Shown: piece by piece, positions 51,406 through 63,082 of the stretch
Numbering within the stretch: the first letter of the stretch is position 1
How the letters are laid out: each line of letters starts with the position of its first letter
Origin: Phoronis australis
Lineage: Eukaryota > Animalia > Phoronida
Reading direction: 5' to 3'
DNA: 64,000 nt
Assembly (NCBI GenBank): GCA_002633005.1
Contig: NMRA01000025.1
Span: 729,785 to 793,784 of the forward strand
Translations under genes and position numbers: made by a program
Notes under the pieces: model-generated
The model's input: only the letters and a program-made list of their open reading frames with translations
What the model was told of the DNA's origin: nothing
The model's database searches: none

Positions 51406-54400
51406 TTACGTTCGAATGCTTTGCTCCTCGCTGTCACCTTTTTGCTCTTCATTTGTTTCTCTGTTTTCGTTCGCATTGTGTTTGTTTGTTTTATTAATTT
51501 CCAAACTCGAAATCGACGTCTTTACGATTTGGTCTCCGATCTCTTTCAAATGTTGGCTACTGTCTGTTTTCGGATCATCTTCAATCATTTCATCTACTTC
51601 CCTTCTGAATAACCGATCAAGCTTTTCTGCTGCCTCGGGTACATTGGTCATGCTTTCAGTGTTTCGGGACCTATGTTCCTCACTTATATCATCTCCAGGG
51701 CCATCTTTTGTCAATAATGGATGATGTTTGTCTTTTTCGTCGGCTACCTTGGCCATGCTTTTACTGTTGTTCATTTTGATGTTTTGTTCCTTGTTGATGT
51801 TTAGGTATCGGTCTGTTTTTGAGTCATCTTCAGGTGTTTTGTCTGCTTCTTTTATCAGTAACTGATCAGGGGAAAGTTCTTCTGTAGCTTCGAGCGAACC
51901 GATCATATTTCCACTGCTGCCACTAGTGAAGGTCTGCTTCTCTGCTTCTGTGTTCGAATCTATCAACTCACGAGTTGTTTGAGAAGCTTCCAACGCAGCG
52001 AAAGAATCTCGGTTTGTAATTTCTTGAATAGCTCCACCACCACCTAACTTGGCAGTCGGTTCAGGACTATTTTCTACCTTATTCTCTGCCCTTTCCTCAG
52101 TTGCGGCAACCTCACCTCCAATACGTCCATTGGAACCCTTTATTTCAGAATCGTCGTCATGGTGAGTCTGATCGTGTTCCATTTTCTGAGAGCTTTTTCC
52201 TACCTCATGTACTTCTATAACAATATCACCTTTTTCCTGAGAATAATGTGCAGGTTCTTTACTTGCGGTTTTTATTTCAGCCTGATTTTCACTTAGTTGT
52301 TTTAAATTAACCACATCATCTCTGTTCACATCCACATCAGTGCTGAAGCCAACTTTCTCTTTTTCGTGAATATGTTCATTTCCTCTTTGTAATTTGGAAT
52401 CGTTTTCGTCTTTGTTCTTGTCATCGTTGTTAATTGTCTGAATAGTAAAATCCACTGTATTCTCCTTTTCGGCAGTGTCACCAATGTCCTCAATTTCTTG
52501 CATATTTGTTTTAGAATGACCAAGTAGATCGCTTACGCCACGTTCATCACTACTTTCCACACCCGTCTGATTTTTACCTGTAGTGATATCACTTTTATCT
52601 TCTTCTTGGACATCTCCAACTTGTTCTGGCGGTGCGATTATTATAGAATCCTTTGAATACTGAGTGTGGACTTCTACCTCGTTCTTAGGTTTAGTCTCCG
52701 AAGTCGTCTGCTCTTCATCAGACTTCGCAGGGCTTTCCAGTAGATCTTTTCCTTCTTCTTTCTTTTCTTCTCCCCATTCTTCTTCTTCTTCTTCTTTGTG
52801 TCCAGGGCGAACTTCAGTATCTCTAATGACTACCATTTCCTCGTGTTTTTCTTTTGAAACTTTGTTTTTATTTAGTTCATCTTCACGTGTTTCAATCGCC
52901 GTTCTGATTTTCAGTTCTTCCTGGTTATCATCATCCATTGCACCACTGTCTTCAACCGTTTGATATTCTCTATTAGTAGTAGCAGCATTCCCCTCTTTTT
53001 CCTGCCCATTGTCAGCTTGTTGCTCCTCCGCCTTTACTGAGTCGTAGTCCAATTTATTGTTGTCGCCTTCAGATTTCTCGTGACTCTCTGCAGTCTGCTT
53101 CGTGTCTTGTTCTTTCACATCGCTTACATTATGATCTGAGTCAAGTTTAGTCTTGCCACTTTCATACTTTGCATGACTTTCCAGTAACCTTTCTTCTTCT
53201 TCATTTTCCAATCTTTCTTCTTCATTTCCCTTTTTATTTCCTTCAACTTCTACTTTTCCCTCTTTTTCTTCTTCTCTAAGGCTTGCTCGAATTTCAACCA
53301 CATTAAGCTCCACCGTTTCTTCATTGTGTCCTACTTGAAGCTCAACCGTTTTCTCGTACTGTTCTTTTGAATCTTTATTTTTCTTCAGTTCCTCATCGCT
53401 TGTTCCAGCCATCTCACTGCTTACCAGTGCGCCCTGGTTTTCATCCCCCATTTCACTATTATCCATAACCGTTTGGAGCTCTTCATTAGTCATGATAACA
53501 CTGTCTTCCTTTTCCAGGCCATTGTCAACGTGTTCCTCAACTATGTTTACTTCCGAGTCGGTGTCAAATCTATTCTTCTCGTTTTCAGTCTTCTCGTGAC
53601 TCTCTACAGTCTGCTCTTTGTCTTGTTCTTTCACATCGCTTACATTAGGATCTGACTCAAGTTTTTTCTTGCCGCTTTCATGCTTTGTATGATTCTCTAG
53701 TAACCTTTCTTCCTCCTCTTCTCCTTTTTTATCTTCTTCATCTTCTTTAAGTCCTGCTCGAATTTCAACCACCTTAAGCTCTACCGTGCTCTCGTTTTGT
53801 TCTCCTTTTTTCTCATCGTCTTGTTGTTGTTCTTCTTCTTCTTCGTCTTCTTTGTGTCCTACACGACTTCCAGCCACTTGGTGATCTACCGTGTTCTCTT
53901 CTTGCTCTTTTGAAGTTTTACTTTGCTTCAGCTCCTCATCGCGTGTTTCAGCCATTCCACTGCTTAGCATTGCGTCCTGGTTTTCATCTCTCATTTCACT
54001 ATTGCTTTCAAACGTTTGGTGTTCTTTACTGTTAGAGATAACATTTCCTTTTCTTTCCTGGCCATTGCCAACTTGTTTTTCCTCTGTTGTTACTTCCGAG
54101 TTGTCAAAGTTACTCTTGTCGTCTTCAGTCTTCTCGTGACTCTCATCAGTCTGCTTTTTGTCTTGTTCTTTCACATCGTTTACGTCAAACGTAGTCTTTC
54201 CGCTTTCATGCTGTGTATGACCTTCCACTAACTTTTCTTCTTCCTCTTCTCTTTTATCTTCTTCTCCTTTTTTATCCCCTTCAACTTCTTCTCCTTCTTC
54301 TTTTTCCTCTTCTTCAGGCCCTGCTTGAGTTTTAACCTCCTTAACCTCTACCGTTCCCTCGTCTTGTTCAACCTTTTTATCATCTTCTCGTTCTTCGTCT

Positions 54401-56094
54401 TCGTTTTCTTCATGTCCTTCCCGAATTTCAGCCACTTGAAGCTCCACTGTTTTCTCGTCCTGTGCGTTTGAAGCTTCATTTTGATCCAGTTCTTCATCGC
54501 GTGTTTCAGATGTCGCTCTGCTTTCCAGTGCGCTCTGGTTTTCATCACCCGTTTCTCCATTGTTTACAACCGTTTGGTACTCTTTATTAGTAGTGATAAC
54601 ACTTTCTTCCTTCTCTTGGTCGTTGTCAACTTGTTCTTCCACAGCGTTTACTTCCGCGTCGGTGTCAATTTCTTTTTTATCGCAAATCTCTGCTGTGTCC
54701 TCGTCTCGTTCGTTAACATCGTTCACAGTAGGATGTGAGTCATGTTTAGTCTCGCCGCTTTCAAGTGTTGTAAGATTTTCCAGCAAGTTTTCTTTTCCTT
54801 TCTTTTCTTCTTGTCCTTTTCTATCTTCTTCATCTTCTTCTCCGTTTTGTTGTTTTTCTTCTTTATGTCCTGTTCGAGGCTGTGTCGCATCCTCTTCTTG
54901 TTCTTTCCAAGGTTTGTTTCGATTCAATTCCTCTTTGGGTGTTTTGGTCATCGCTCTGCTTTCCAATTGATTCTGGTTCTCGTCACTCATTGCACTATCG
55001 ACTACAAACGTTTGATATTCTTTATTTGTAGTAATAACACACTCCTCTTTTTCTTGGCCTTTGTTAAGTTGTTCCTCCTCAGAGTGTACTTCTGAATCAG
55101 TGTCAGATTTGTTCTTGTCACCTTCAGCTGTCCCATGACTCTCTACTGTCTGCTCATTTTCTTGTTCTTTCACAGTGTTAACATTTAGTTCTGTGTCGTG
55201 TGTTGTCTCGCTCCTTTTATGCTTCGAACGCCTTTGTAGTAAATTTCCTTCTTCTCCTCCTCCTCCTTCTTCCTTCTCTTCTTCTTCTTTCTCCTGATCT
55301 ACCTCTTTTTCTTCTTCATGATGTCCTTCAGGAATTTTAACCAGCTGAAGGTCTTCCGTTTTCTCGTCTTGTTCTTTCCTATCTTTGTTTCGGTCCAGCT
55401 TCTCTTCGTGTGTTTCAGTCGTCGCTTGGGCTTCAGGTGCGTTCTGGTGCTCATCACTCATTGTGCCATTGTCCACAACCATTTTGTATTCATTACTAGT
55501 AGTTATAACACTCTCGTCACTTTCATGGCTGTTGTTAACTTGATCGGTGTCCAATTCATTCTTGTCGTCTTCAGTTTCCTCCTGACTCTCTGCTGATAGC
55601 CCCTTTTCCTTTTCTGTTGAGACGCCAACATTTTCTACTTTATGGAAATCGTCAACTTGCTTACTTGTACGCAACTCTTCAAAATAATGGTCATTTTGGT
55701 TTGCGTCTTCATTTCCTTGATTCTGCTCAGGAATTTTACCCCCATATGCTTCGTTTTCGTGGGCAGGAATTTCAACTCTCTCTGTGTCTTCGGAAGTAAT
55801 AACACGTTGATTCTCTACCTGGGCTTTCCTTTCTTCTTCCTCAATGTCATTTACAGGAGTATCCGCTTTGACTTCTATGGAATTTTGTCGCTGTGCATTG
55901 GAATTTTTATGGTATTCGTCTTGGTCAGTAGTCTCGACACACTCTTCAAAAGCGTTAGAGTACATAGAAACCTGATTTCTGTTTACCATTGTATCTTCTT
56001 CATGTTTCGTGATTGCTTTGTCACTGTTGTGGGCTGTAGTTTTGCGACAATCATGGTTAACGTTCTGCATCCCCAAGGGTCTTCCATCTTCGAC
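51406..56094 (-). CDS. Giant terminal exon (1562 codons) of an unidentified Glu/Asp/Lys-rich disordered protein with six internal repeats
   Basis: Acceptor ttttctctttgaag|GTC GAA GAT (phase 0) and 4.7 kb without a stop. Repeat motif (S/C)VITTNKEYQT...DENQ...LLE...NVSDVKEQD...ESHEKTE; TAA at 51408-51406. Confidence 0.88.
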   Translation of the reverse strand, partial: VEDGRPLGMQNVNHDCRKTTAHNSDKAITKHEEDTMVNRNQVSMYSNAFEECVETTDQDEYHKNSNAQRQNSIEVKADTPVNDIEEEERKAQVENQRVITSEDTERVEIPAHENEAYGGKIPEQNQGNEDANQNDHYFEELRTSKQVDDFHKVENVGVSTEKEKGLSAESQEETEDDKNELDTDQVNNSHESDESVITTSNEYKMVVDNGTMSDEHQNAPEAQATTETHEEKLDRNKDRKEQDEKTEDLQLVKIPEGHHEEEKEVDQEKEEEEKEEGGGGEEGNLLQRRSKHKRSETTHDTELNVNTVKEQENEQTVESHGTAEGDKNKSDTDSEVHSEEEQLNKGQEKEECVITTNKEYQTFVVDSAMSDENQNQLESRAMTKTPKEELNRNKPWKEQEEDATQPRTGHKEEKQQNGEEDEEDRKGQEEKKGKENLLENLTTLESGETKHDSHPTVNDVNERDEDTAEICDKKEIDTDAEVNAVEEQVDNDQEKEESVITTNKEYQTVVNNGETGDENQSALESRATSETRDEELDQNEASNAQDEKTVELQVAEIREGHEENEDEEREDDKKVEQDEGTVEVKEVKTQAGPEEEEKEEGEEVEGDKKGEEDKREEEEEKLVEGHTQHESGKTTFDVNDVKEQDKKQTDESHEKTEDDKSNFDNSEVTTEEKQVGNGQERKGNVISNSKEHQTFESNSEMRDENQDAMLSSGMAETRDEELKQSKTSKEQEENTVDHQVAGSRVGHKEDEEEEEQQQDDEKKGEQNESTVELKVVEIRAGLKEDEEDKKGEEEEERLLENHTKHESGKKKLESDPNVSDVKEQDKEQTVESHEKTENEKNRFDTDSEVNIVEEHVDNGLEKEDSVIMTNEELQTVMDNSEMGDENQGALVSSEMAGTSDEELKKNKDSKEQYEKTVELQVGHNEETVELNVVEIRASLREEEKEGKVEVEGNKKGNEEERLENEEEERLLESHAKYESGKTKLDSDHNVSDVKEQDTKQTAESHEKSEGDNNKLDYDSVKAEEQQADNGQEKEGNAATTNREYQTVEDSGAMDDDNQEELKIRTAIETREDELNKNKVSKEKHEEMVVIRDTEVRPGHKEEEEEEWGEEKKEEGKDLLESPAKSDEEQTTSETKPKNEVEVHTQYSKDSIIIAPPEQVGDVQEEDKSDITTGKNQTGVESSDERGVSDLLGHSKTNMQEIEDIGDTAEKENTVDFTIQTINNDDKNKDENDSKLQRGNEHIHEKEKVGFSTDVDVNRDDVVNLKQLSENQAEIKTASKEPAHYSQEKGDIVIEVHEVGKSSQKMEHDQTHHDDDSEIKGSNGRIGGEVAATEERAENKVENSPEPTAKLGGGGAIQEITNRDSFAALEASQTTRELIDSNTEAEKQTFTSGSSGNMIGSLEATEELSPDQLLIKEADKTPEDDSKTDRYLNINKEQNIKMNNSKSMAKVADEKDKHHPLLTKDGPGDDISEEHRSRNTESMTNVPEAAEKLDRLFRREVDEMIEDDPKTDSSQHLKEIGDQIVKTSISSLEINKTNKHNANENRETNEEQKGDSEEQSIRT

Positions 56095-59000
56095 CTTCAA
56101 AGAGAAAACCTATTTAATGAACGGATTGAAACCTGCAACTAGTCTCAATTTTGCTGTAGTAATTGTGAAAATATCTATTTTCATCTCTCAAGTAAAACTC
56201 CAATGAAGGGTTTTATTACTATTTTGCCATAAAAATCAGAAAATGGCATACATGATTATGTAATGAATAATCTCATATATTCTCTAACCTTTTTCTAGCT
56301 TAGGGTTTTGAAACATGACTGATGTAGATGACCAAAGTTCATTGTGATGCAGAATTCCAAACTTTTACAATTACGCTGTCTCAGAAAAAATTAAATTTGT
56401 GTCGCAGACGGGTCGTTTTGGTTATTTTTTTCGATTTTATGAAGTTTATTTTGACGTTTTAACCTAAACATTTTATGGGAGCAAAAATATTTGGGGTCAT
56501 AAATTTTGCGGGAGCATTCTAAGTTTAGCAAGTCTTAATCAACGAACCATACTATACTATTAAATTCCGGTGACTAGTAATACGTCGCATTGTGGATTAA
56601 AACGCATAAATTAATGCCACTGACGAAAGTTTGTTTACTCAAAGAGTAATTGCAATGCAATTACCCAGAGTACAAGCTAAAGGTATATGTTGGAGGATGG
56701 AAAAACAAGTTCTATCTCGTTGAATTACCTGCCTCCATTTGTGTGTTTGGTTTTCTACTAAGCTATGTGAGAGCCCAGCAAATGTTCAAATTTGGCTAAT
56801 TTCTGAGATGGTGATCCGTTTGAAAAGAAACTTTCAAATACTGTACTTCATGCACTACGCTTCAAAGCGTTTTTATGGTTTCTTTTCAAAGCATTCCATT
56901 TGGCATGAGAGGCATTCAAACCTTGGGACTTTTAGGATTTATTACGAAAAACTCAAAAGCTGCATCAAACAGAAACGAAAGGACGACTAAGAAACTTGCA
57001 ATAGCGATTTGATATTTCATCTCGTACATTTACATGAAAAGAAATTTGGTCATGTAGATGATATCATTGTTTTCCTGTGAAATGTACCTCTCCTTTTGAG
57101 GAATTTAATTAAAGACAGACTGGTATAGAGAGAAACAAAATCACATTCTCCAGGCTTTCTACACTTTTCCTGTAGTTTTGTATATATTTGACTCATTAAA
57201 TGCACAACCTAATCGATAAGGTCTCACATAATATTGAAAACATTTGCGCAGTGCGTACATGGATTTGAAGCAGTATTTAAAGGAACTCCAGGCTTTCTAA
57301 ATGTCGCATGAATTTTGTGTCATCAGTAGTACTATAGTTACTTGTCACATGCGATGTACATGTTGAACAGAGATTGCACGAAGAACAGGTTATGTGGGAC
57401 CTTATTGGCAAGTTTGCGCACATAACCAAATATCAACATAACTATAGATTTTAACTCAGTGAATTTACACATTTTCTGAAAGTAGAATTGCGTTTTTTTA
57501 CTTTTTATCAATCTACCAATCTACCATTAATTGGGAACGCGACGGTGCCTTTTTAATAACATTTAACAAAAAGAAAGGTGCATTGACAGCAAAACAACGG
57601 CCGGTGTCGATAACATGATTAAATTTCATATGACATAAACATTGGATATTAAATCTCAAGAACGGGGTTACAGATTTCGAAAATATCGTTTCCCTTTCTT
57701 TAAAGTCCTGTTATTGATAACCCCTCGTGCAAACGTTTTCGAAAACAGCGTATAACGCATGGCATCTGAAAATTTCACATGGATCCGATCAGCCATTTCT
57801 AGGACGTTTTCCTATGGTCCTACTTAACCTTGACATGTACAGTACATCTATCAATGTGAAAAAAAGTCTCATTCGTCTTATGTTTTTTTCAAGGATACCT
57901 GATGCCTGCTAAGAGTTCACCATTCAAAACTTCGTATTTTATTTTTTATGCTATTGATTAAGTTTACACCAAGGTGTTATCTCACCCATTATTGAATAAC
58001 ACAGAGTATCAACTCTCCCGATAAAGGACACTGTTAGAATGTTCTGGGCTCTGAACTTGTTACTGAAATACAGAATTCTTGACTTTTGACTGTTGGTGTA
58101 CGTATTTCTTACAGGGAAATCATTCGTACCGGATCCAAGTTGGTTTTATCGTTGACTTAATATCTTTCAGGATGTTATTGGCCAAACCTCAATCCAGAGC
58201 ATCTTGCTAACAAAGACTTGGTGGCGGACGAAGAACAATAACGGATAAAAAAACCCAAAACAATCGCTACTGCAAACGGCCAAAACAGATACCGTATCGC
58301 AGTAAACATATGCGAGCAAAGGAGCACCATTTATCAGCTAAAGAAGCGAGTGTAGTGCCAAAAGGATAAGTAAAGAGGCCTTTTAAAATAGAAAAGCAAC
58401 ACATCTACAATAAGATGAACCAAGCTTTCTCTTAATAAGCGGAGTGCTAGTTAAGAGACGTTAAGTTGTCACGAGGTGGCAGTGTAGGCAGGCCCAAGTT
58501 GACAAGAAGTTATAACGGCCTTTTCAAAGAATGGATTCATACACGATCTAAATGAAACACATCGGATGTGCTTCAGAGAACACGAATCTTGTACTGTTGT
58601 CTAGATAGCATTTGGACCTGTTACGGACTGTGAAAGATTGGGAAATTCGTTTCGTGCAGCTATAAGGAAAATGAGCTGTTAGCTGCCTTTGCAAAATATG
58701 CTACTTAGGCCTACCAACGTCCTTGCAAAACTCTAACCAGTTTTTCAGTTCCCAAAGACGTGAAAGACTCATTTGTAGGGTTACAGTGTAGTCACGGAAC
58801 AATCTACCAAACGCTGCCAGCATACATCGAGGTGTCGAAAAACTGTCATTCCCAAGATCGGTGGCAATTTGAAAGATGCAGTGCAGCTCAGTGTCCAATC
58901 GCAATCGACATCTGTATGGTGCTCAACAGGAATAAAATTCAATGATTTTCGCTGCGACACATGATCAACCGCGAAGCGGCAATATGGAAAATCTACTCTT

Positions 59001-61596
59001 TCGACATAAGGTAGGCGTGGAGGCCAGTGAGCAACAAAATATGTCTTCCACATGAAACGCTATAATTACCATTGTCTTCTGAACTTGAAACCCAAGAAGA
59101 CGAGTATTTTGCGTTCTTCAATCGCCAACTTGACTGATTTTTTCATGTATCGTGGCATGTCCCACACGTTTGCTTCTGGTCGCACTTATAACAACCATGC
59201 TGCTGTCGACTTACTGGAGTCCAAAAATGATTACACCTCAAAGAGGTTACACATTGCTGCGGGTCTTGGTAAGGGTGCTTTGGACAGAAAAGGGTGCATG
59301 TTGAAGTGCAGGGGGAACTCTCAAAGAGTCAGCAACACGGAGCAGCGCAATTTCTGTGAAGGCATTTAAGTATGGTGACTTAGGAGATGTACACATCAAA
59401 CATGGCGTAGTTTGCTGAAGGTCATGGCAAGGGTGCCTCGGAAAGAACCAGAGGCATGCCGGAGAAGAGTGAGTGGGTGGAACTCTCAAAAAGAGTCAGC
59501 AACATTGAACGGCGCTATGTACTGTGAAAGCAGCTAAATGTAGTGATTCAGGTTGTGTACGGTGACACTTCACGGCTAACAAACACGTTGCAGCATTCGA
59601 AAGTATTTTCTTTGAATTACAGGCATCGTGAAAGATGGTAATAAAAAGAGCAAAGGAACAGTTTATTTTAGACAGACAATAGGCCGAAAGTGTTTGTTGA
59701 GACCTGTAATGTGGACTGAACTTCCGATTCATTGACGTTGCGTGGAAATATTGAACTTGGATGTTGGGGTTAAAAAGGCGATGGGTCACGCGTTACAAGT
59801 GGAACCAGAGACTTCCTGTCAGTGCGAAAAGTTGCTGTCGACGATGAAATGGAAGTGAGAGCCGTTGTGTGCAGAGATACGGCACGTGGAAAGTTTGTCG
59901 GAAGTTTGCATGACTTATGCAGGTCGACTTGAGATTGCTAACAATTCTTCATCCACACGCAATGCACATCGTTATGTTCTCCCATTTTTGTTTTCGAGTC
60001 ATGGCTCTTATAAAGACTGTCAGGAACCGAATCTCCATAGAAAGAAGTAACTTTATTGGTGTGTAGTAATTGGAAATTCAAGGTTTGTTTCGTTCTTCTT
60101 TATTTTTAATCATTTCTTTTGATCGATTGGCTTATGAATGAGTGAGGCATGAATTCACAGTTATCTATTTTTATAACAGACAAATGGTATCTCTCATTCC
60201 CTGTAAATAGTGCAAAGGTTTTGAATAATTATTTCTCATTTACGTTAAATAAGTATAGGTAATTTAAGAAAAATTGAAACCTTCAAGAATTTTGTTAAAT
60301 GCAACAATCACATACTGCACTGTATCAATTATATAGTTAACTTCAATTGTTATGCGTAACATTTTTAAATGCATCATCTGTAAGACAAGTATGCGAGATT
60401 CTTGAACAGATTTCTATTATTTCAATTTGGTGGCAAATATTAATCGGCGTTTTCAGACCTTTTGACTTTCGATTCTTTCAGCAGTTTCGAACATCGTTTT
60501 CTATGTGCGTTGATTGATTGACATGAAATTTTGCACACTTATTTGATGGCCTGTAACCGAGGCAACTGTTTCCCAAATGTTTGATTCTCCTTCCCACAAT
60601 AGAAATGTCAGCCATCAAAAAGAACACTCGAGACATTGTTTTAAAAAGGGAAGTCGGTGGCTAATATCTTGATTGTTTGAGGATAGATCGAAAATCTGGG
60701 CCAAGTTTGCATGTTTTGACACTAAAAATATTTTGTTCAATCACGAAGCCACCAACATTCTAGTTTTATTAGGAATCCATGTTTAAACGGAAATGACAAT
60801 TTTCAACAAAAAAGAGGTCATGTGATAATAAACGACTGCGTAAATTTCTAAAGTGTAAATTCAGACTTTTAAGTCATCGAGGTATCCGAAATTATATAAG
60901 TTTATGGATTGAAATGGGCAGTTAAGATTATATTTGATGAAAAAAAGAAACAAGTCCACGAAAGTTGACGACGATTACTTTAAAGATCTAACATAGCGTA
61001 GGACTTTTCACATGTGTGTTGTAATTTCGAAGCTGAAAATGTTTCCCGTTCCGTCTGCAACGCAAAATTTTGAATGGCTAACTGTGGTTAGGAAAGTTCC
61101 GTTCACGGCGGCTGTTTTTATATAACCCTCACACAATGCTTTTTCTGCAACGCTGTCTTTTGTTCATTTCTTAATTCAATGCAATTTAACACAAAATTAC
61201 AAATCAAACATATATTGATAGTATAAAACAATATACGGAATAACATAATATAACACAACCTAATGACATTTAATACAAAATAACGCACACGGTTGACAAA
61301 CGCACAACTGAAGCCAAATCAGTACCAAATGAGCAACTACGCCTATCAAATAAGGATAAACACAACAGCATATCAAAGTAATTTGGAACGCATCAGTGGT
61401 CATTTTAATCATTTTGGACAATTCTGTATTAAAGACTCAAATTATTTTTTAGATGACACGAGGCATCGTAGTTGGCGCAATTCATAAAATTATTTTATTA
61501 TTTTTTGGAAAAGTTATTTTGGGCTTTCTGTTTCTTTTGTTTAGCAATAGTTTCAATCTTCAACTTAACAATTTCTTTGATTCTTTCCTTGCTCAC

Positions 61597-62736
61597 CTTA
61601 AAGCTAGAGCTGGGACGTTGAATTGATTCTTCGCCTGTCTCTTTTACTTCGGTGCCTCTCACATCATTCTGTACATTCTCACGCTTTTTCGAAGCTTCAG
61701 TTGGCTTTGTGTTCTCCTTGTTGTTTTCGAGCGTGTGCAATGCGGTTTTGTCTGCACTTAAGTGTGCGCTTATTTCCTTTTCCGTCTTGATACCGTTATC
61801 ACCAGCTTGAGGTTCCGTGGACTCGACCTGACTTTCATTAGCACGTTGCTCGTCTTTTTTCTCTTCTACAGTGTTATCAGCGGCATCAGCCAACTGACCT
61901 TCAAAACTTTCTTCACGCACCACAACAGCGCCCTCTTTCGATTGATCAGTTGTTACATTCTCATTTTGACCGTGTTCCTTGTTGTTCTCTACGTTTCCAG
62001 TATAGCGCCTGACACCATTGTGATTATCTCTGTGCTGCTCTTTGACGCTTTCATCCTCTTGGTTGTCACTACGTTGTTCTTTTGTATTTTCGAGTTTCTG
62101 TTCATCGTCACTTTCTCCTGTGTTCACACCATCGCTTGTTGCGTCATTCTTCTCATCCTCAAAATCGTCCTGGTACATATATTTCTCGTCGTCTTCATCT
62201 ACATTTTGCGTCCTCTCCAACTCTTCTCTAGTTCCCGTCTCCTCGTCTTTTTGCACTCTATTACTATGTTTTCCCGTGTCAGAGCATTCAGTTGTGTTAT
62301 CACTTTTCGAATACTTATCTTCCTCAGAAGTGTCTTGTTTGCCTTTCTCGTACTTTTCATTTCTCTCATTTCTATCATCTGACTTTTCTACTTCCTTTGG
62401 TGCCTCAACGTGTTCGCTATCATCGACTCGTTCCGTTTCATTGCTATTGCTTTCCGCTCTATTTTCTTCGCTGGCGTCTTTTGCCATGTCTTCTTCACCA
62501 ATCGCCTTCGTTGTTCTCTGTACGCTGTTATCAATTTTATCTTTGGTGTCGATTGCATCGTGCTTTTGATTATTGTCGATCTTTCTGTCCTCTGTCCTTT
62601 CCTCGTCGTCTTCGTCGCCTTCCCTTTTAAAGTTCACTTCCTGTTCCAGGTCTTCTAATTGCATGTCGTCTTCATTTGTTACCCTAGATGCTTTTGGTTC
62701 ATTTCCATCTCCTTCGTCGTGCTTTTTTGCTAAGCG
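61597..62736 (-). CDS. 1140-nt acidic exon of the same gene; the frame stays open to an alternative stop at 61498
   Basis: Acceptor ctctttgatttgtag|CGC TTA GCA (RLAKKHDEGDG...) and donor TTT AAG|gtgagc, both phase 0, joining in frame to 56094. Confidence 0.85.
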
Positions 62737-62965
62737 CTACAAATCAAAGAGATCGTAAAAAGTTAACATTTTCACATGAAGCGTGCTCTTAGTAATTGCC
62801 CTGATTCCAGACAGTATTAGGCCAACACGAACAGACAGAAACGTGACGTATATCTTGGATGGAATAATTGAAATTAAAAGTAATTGCAAAAGTATCATCA
62901 TAAAGAGCATTTACATGAATTTCTCATTCAGTAATAATTAAGGTGTTCCAGCGAAGACGACATAC

Positions 62966-63082
62966 CTTTTTCTTAATGGACCTTCGAGCATAAGGACTCC
63001 TTGGTGACTTCTCCGTCGGTGGTTGAGGTTTTCGAACGCGTCCAAAAAGATTGTCTCTGAGGGCTATTTGTCTTTCAAATTC
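62966..63082 (-). CDS. 117-nt exon of the same gene (EFERQIALRDNLFGRVRKPQPPTEKSPRSPYARRSIKKK); not in the ORF track
   Basis: tgtttttccag|GAA ... AAA AAG|gtatgt; open frame, phase 0-0. Confidence 0.85.

Noticed and set aside
51400-51420. Programmed +1 frameshift or stop readthrough extending the giant ORF
   Set aside because: No recognisable slippery site, and the downstream tail has further frameshifts and stops. Decay or an assembly error is simpler.
50945-51724. ORFs spanning the N run, including the poly-Pro and poly-Gly stretches
   Set aside because: The frame across the gap is undefined, and the homopolymer at a contig edge is unreliable.
52326-62758. Ser/Phe/Leu-rich + strand ORFs overlapping the acidic exons
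   Set aside because: Antisense shadows of GAA/GAG/AAA-rich coding sequence.
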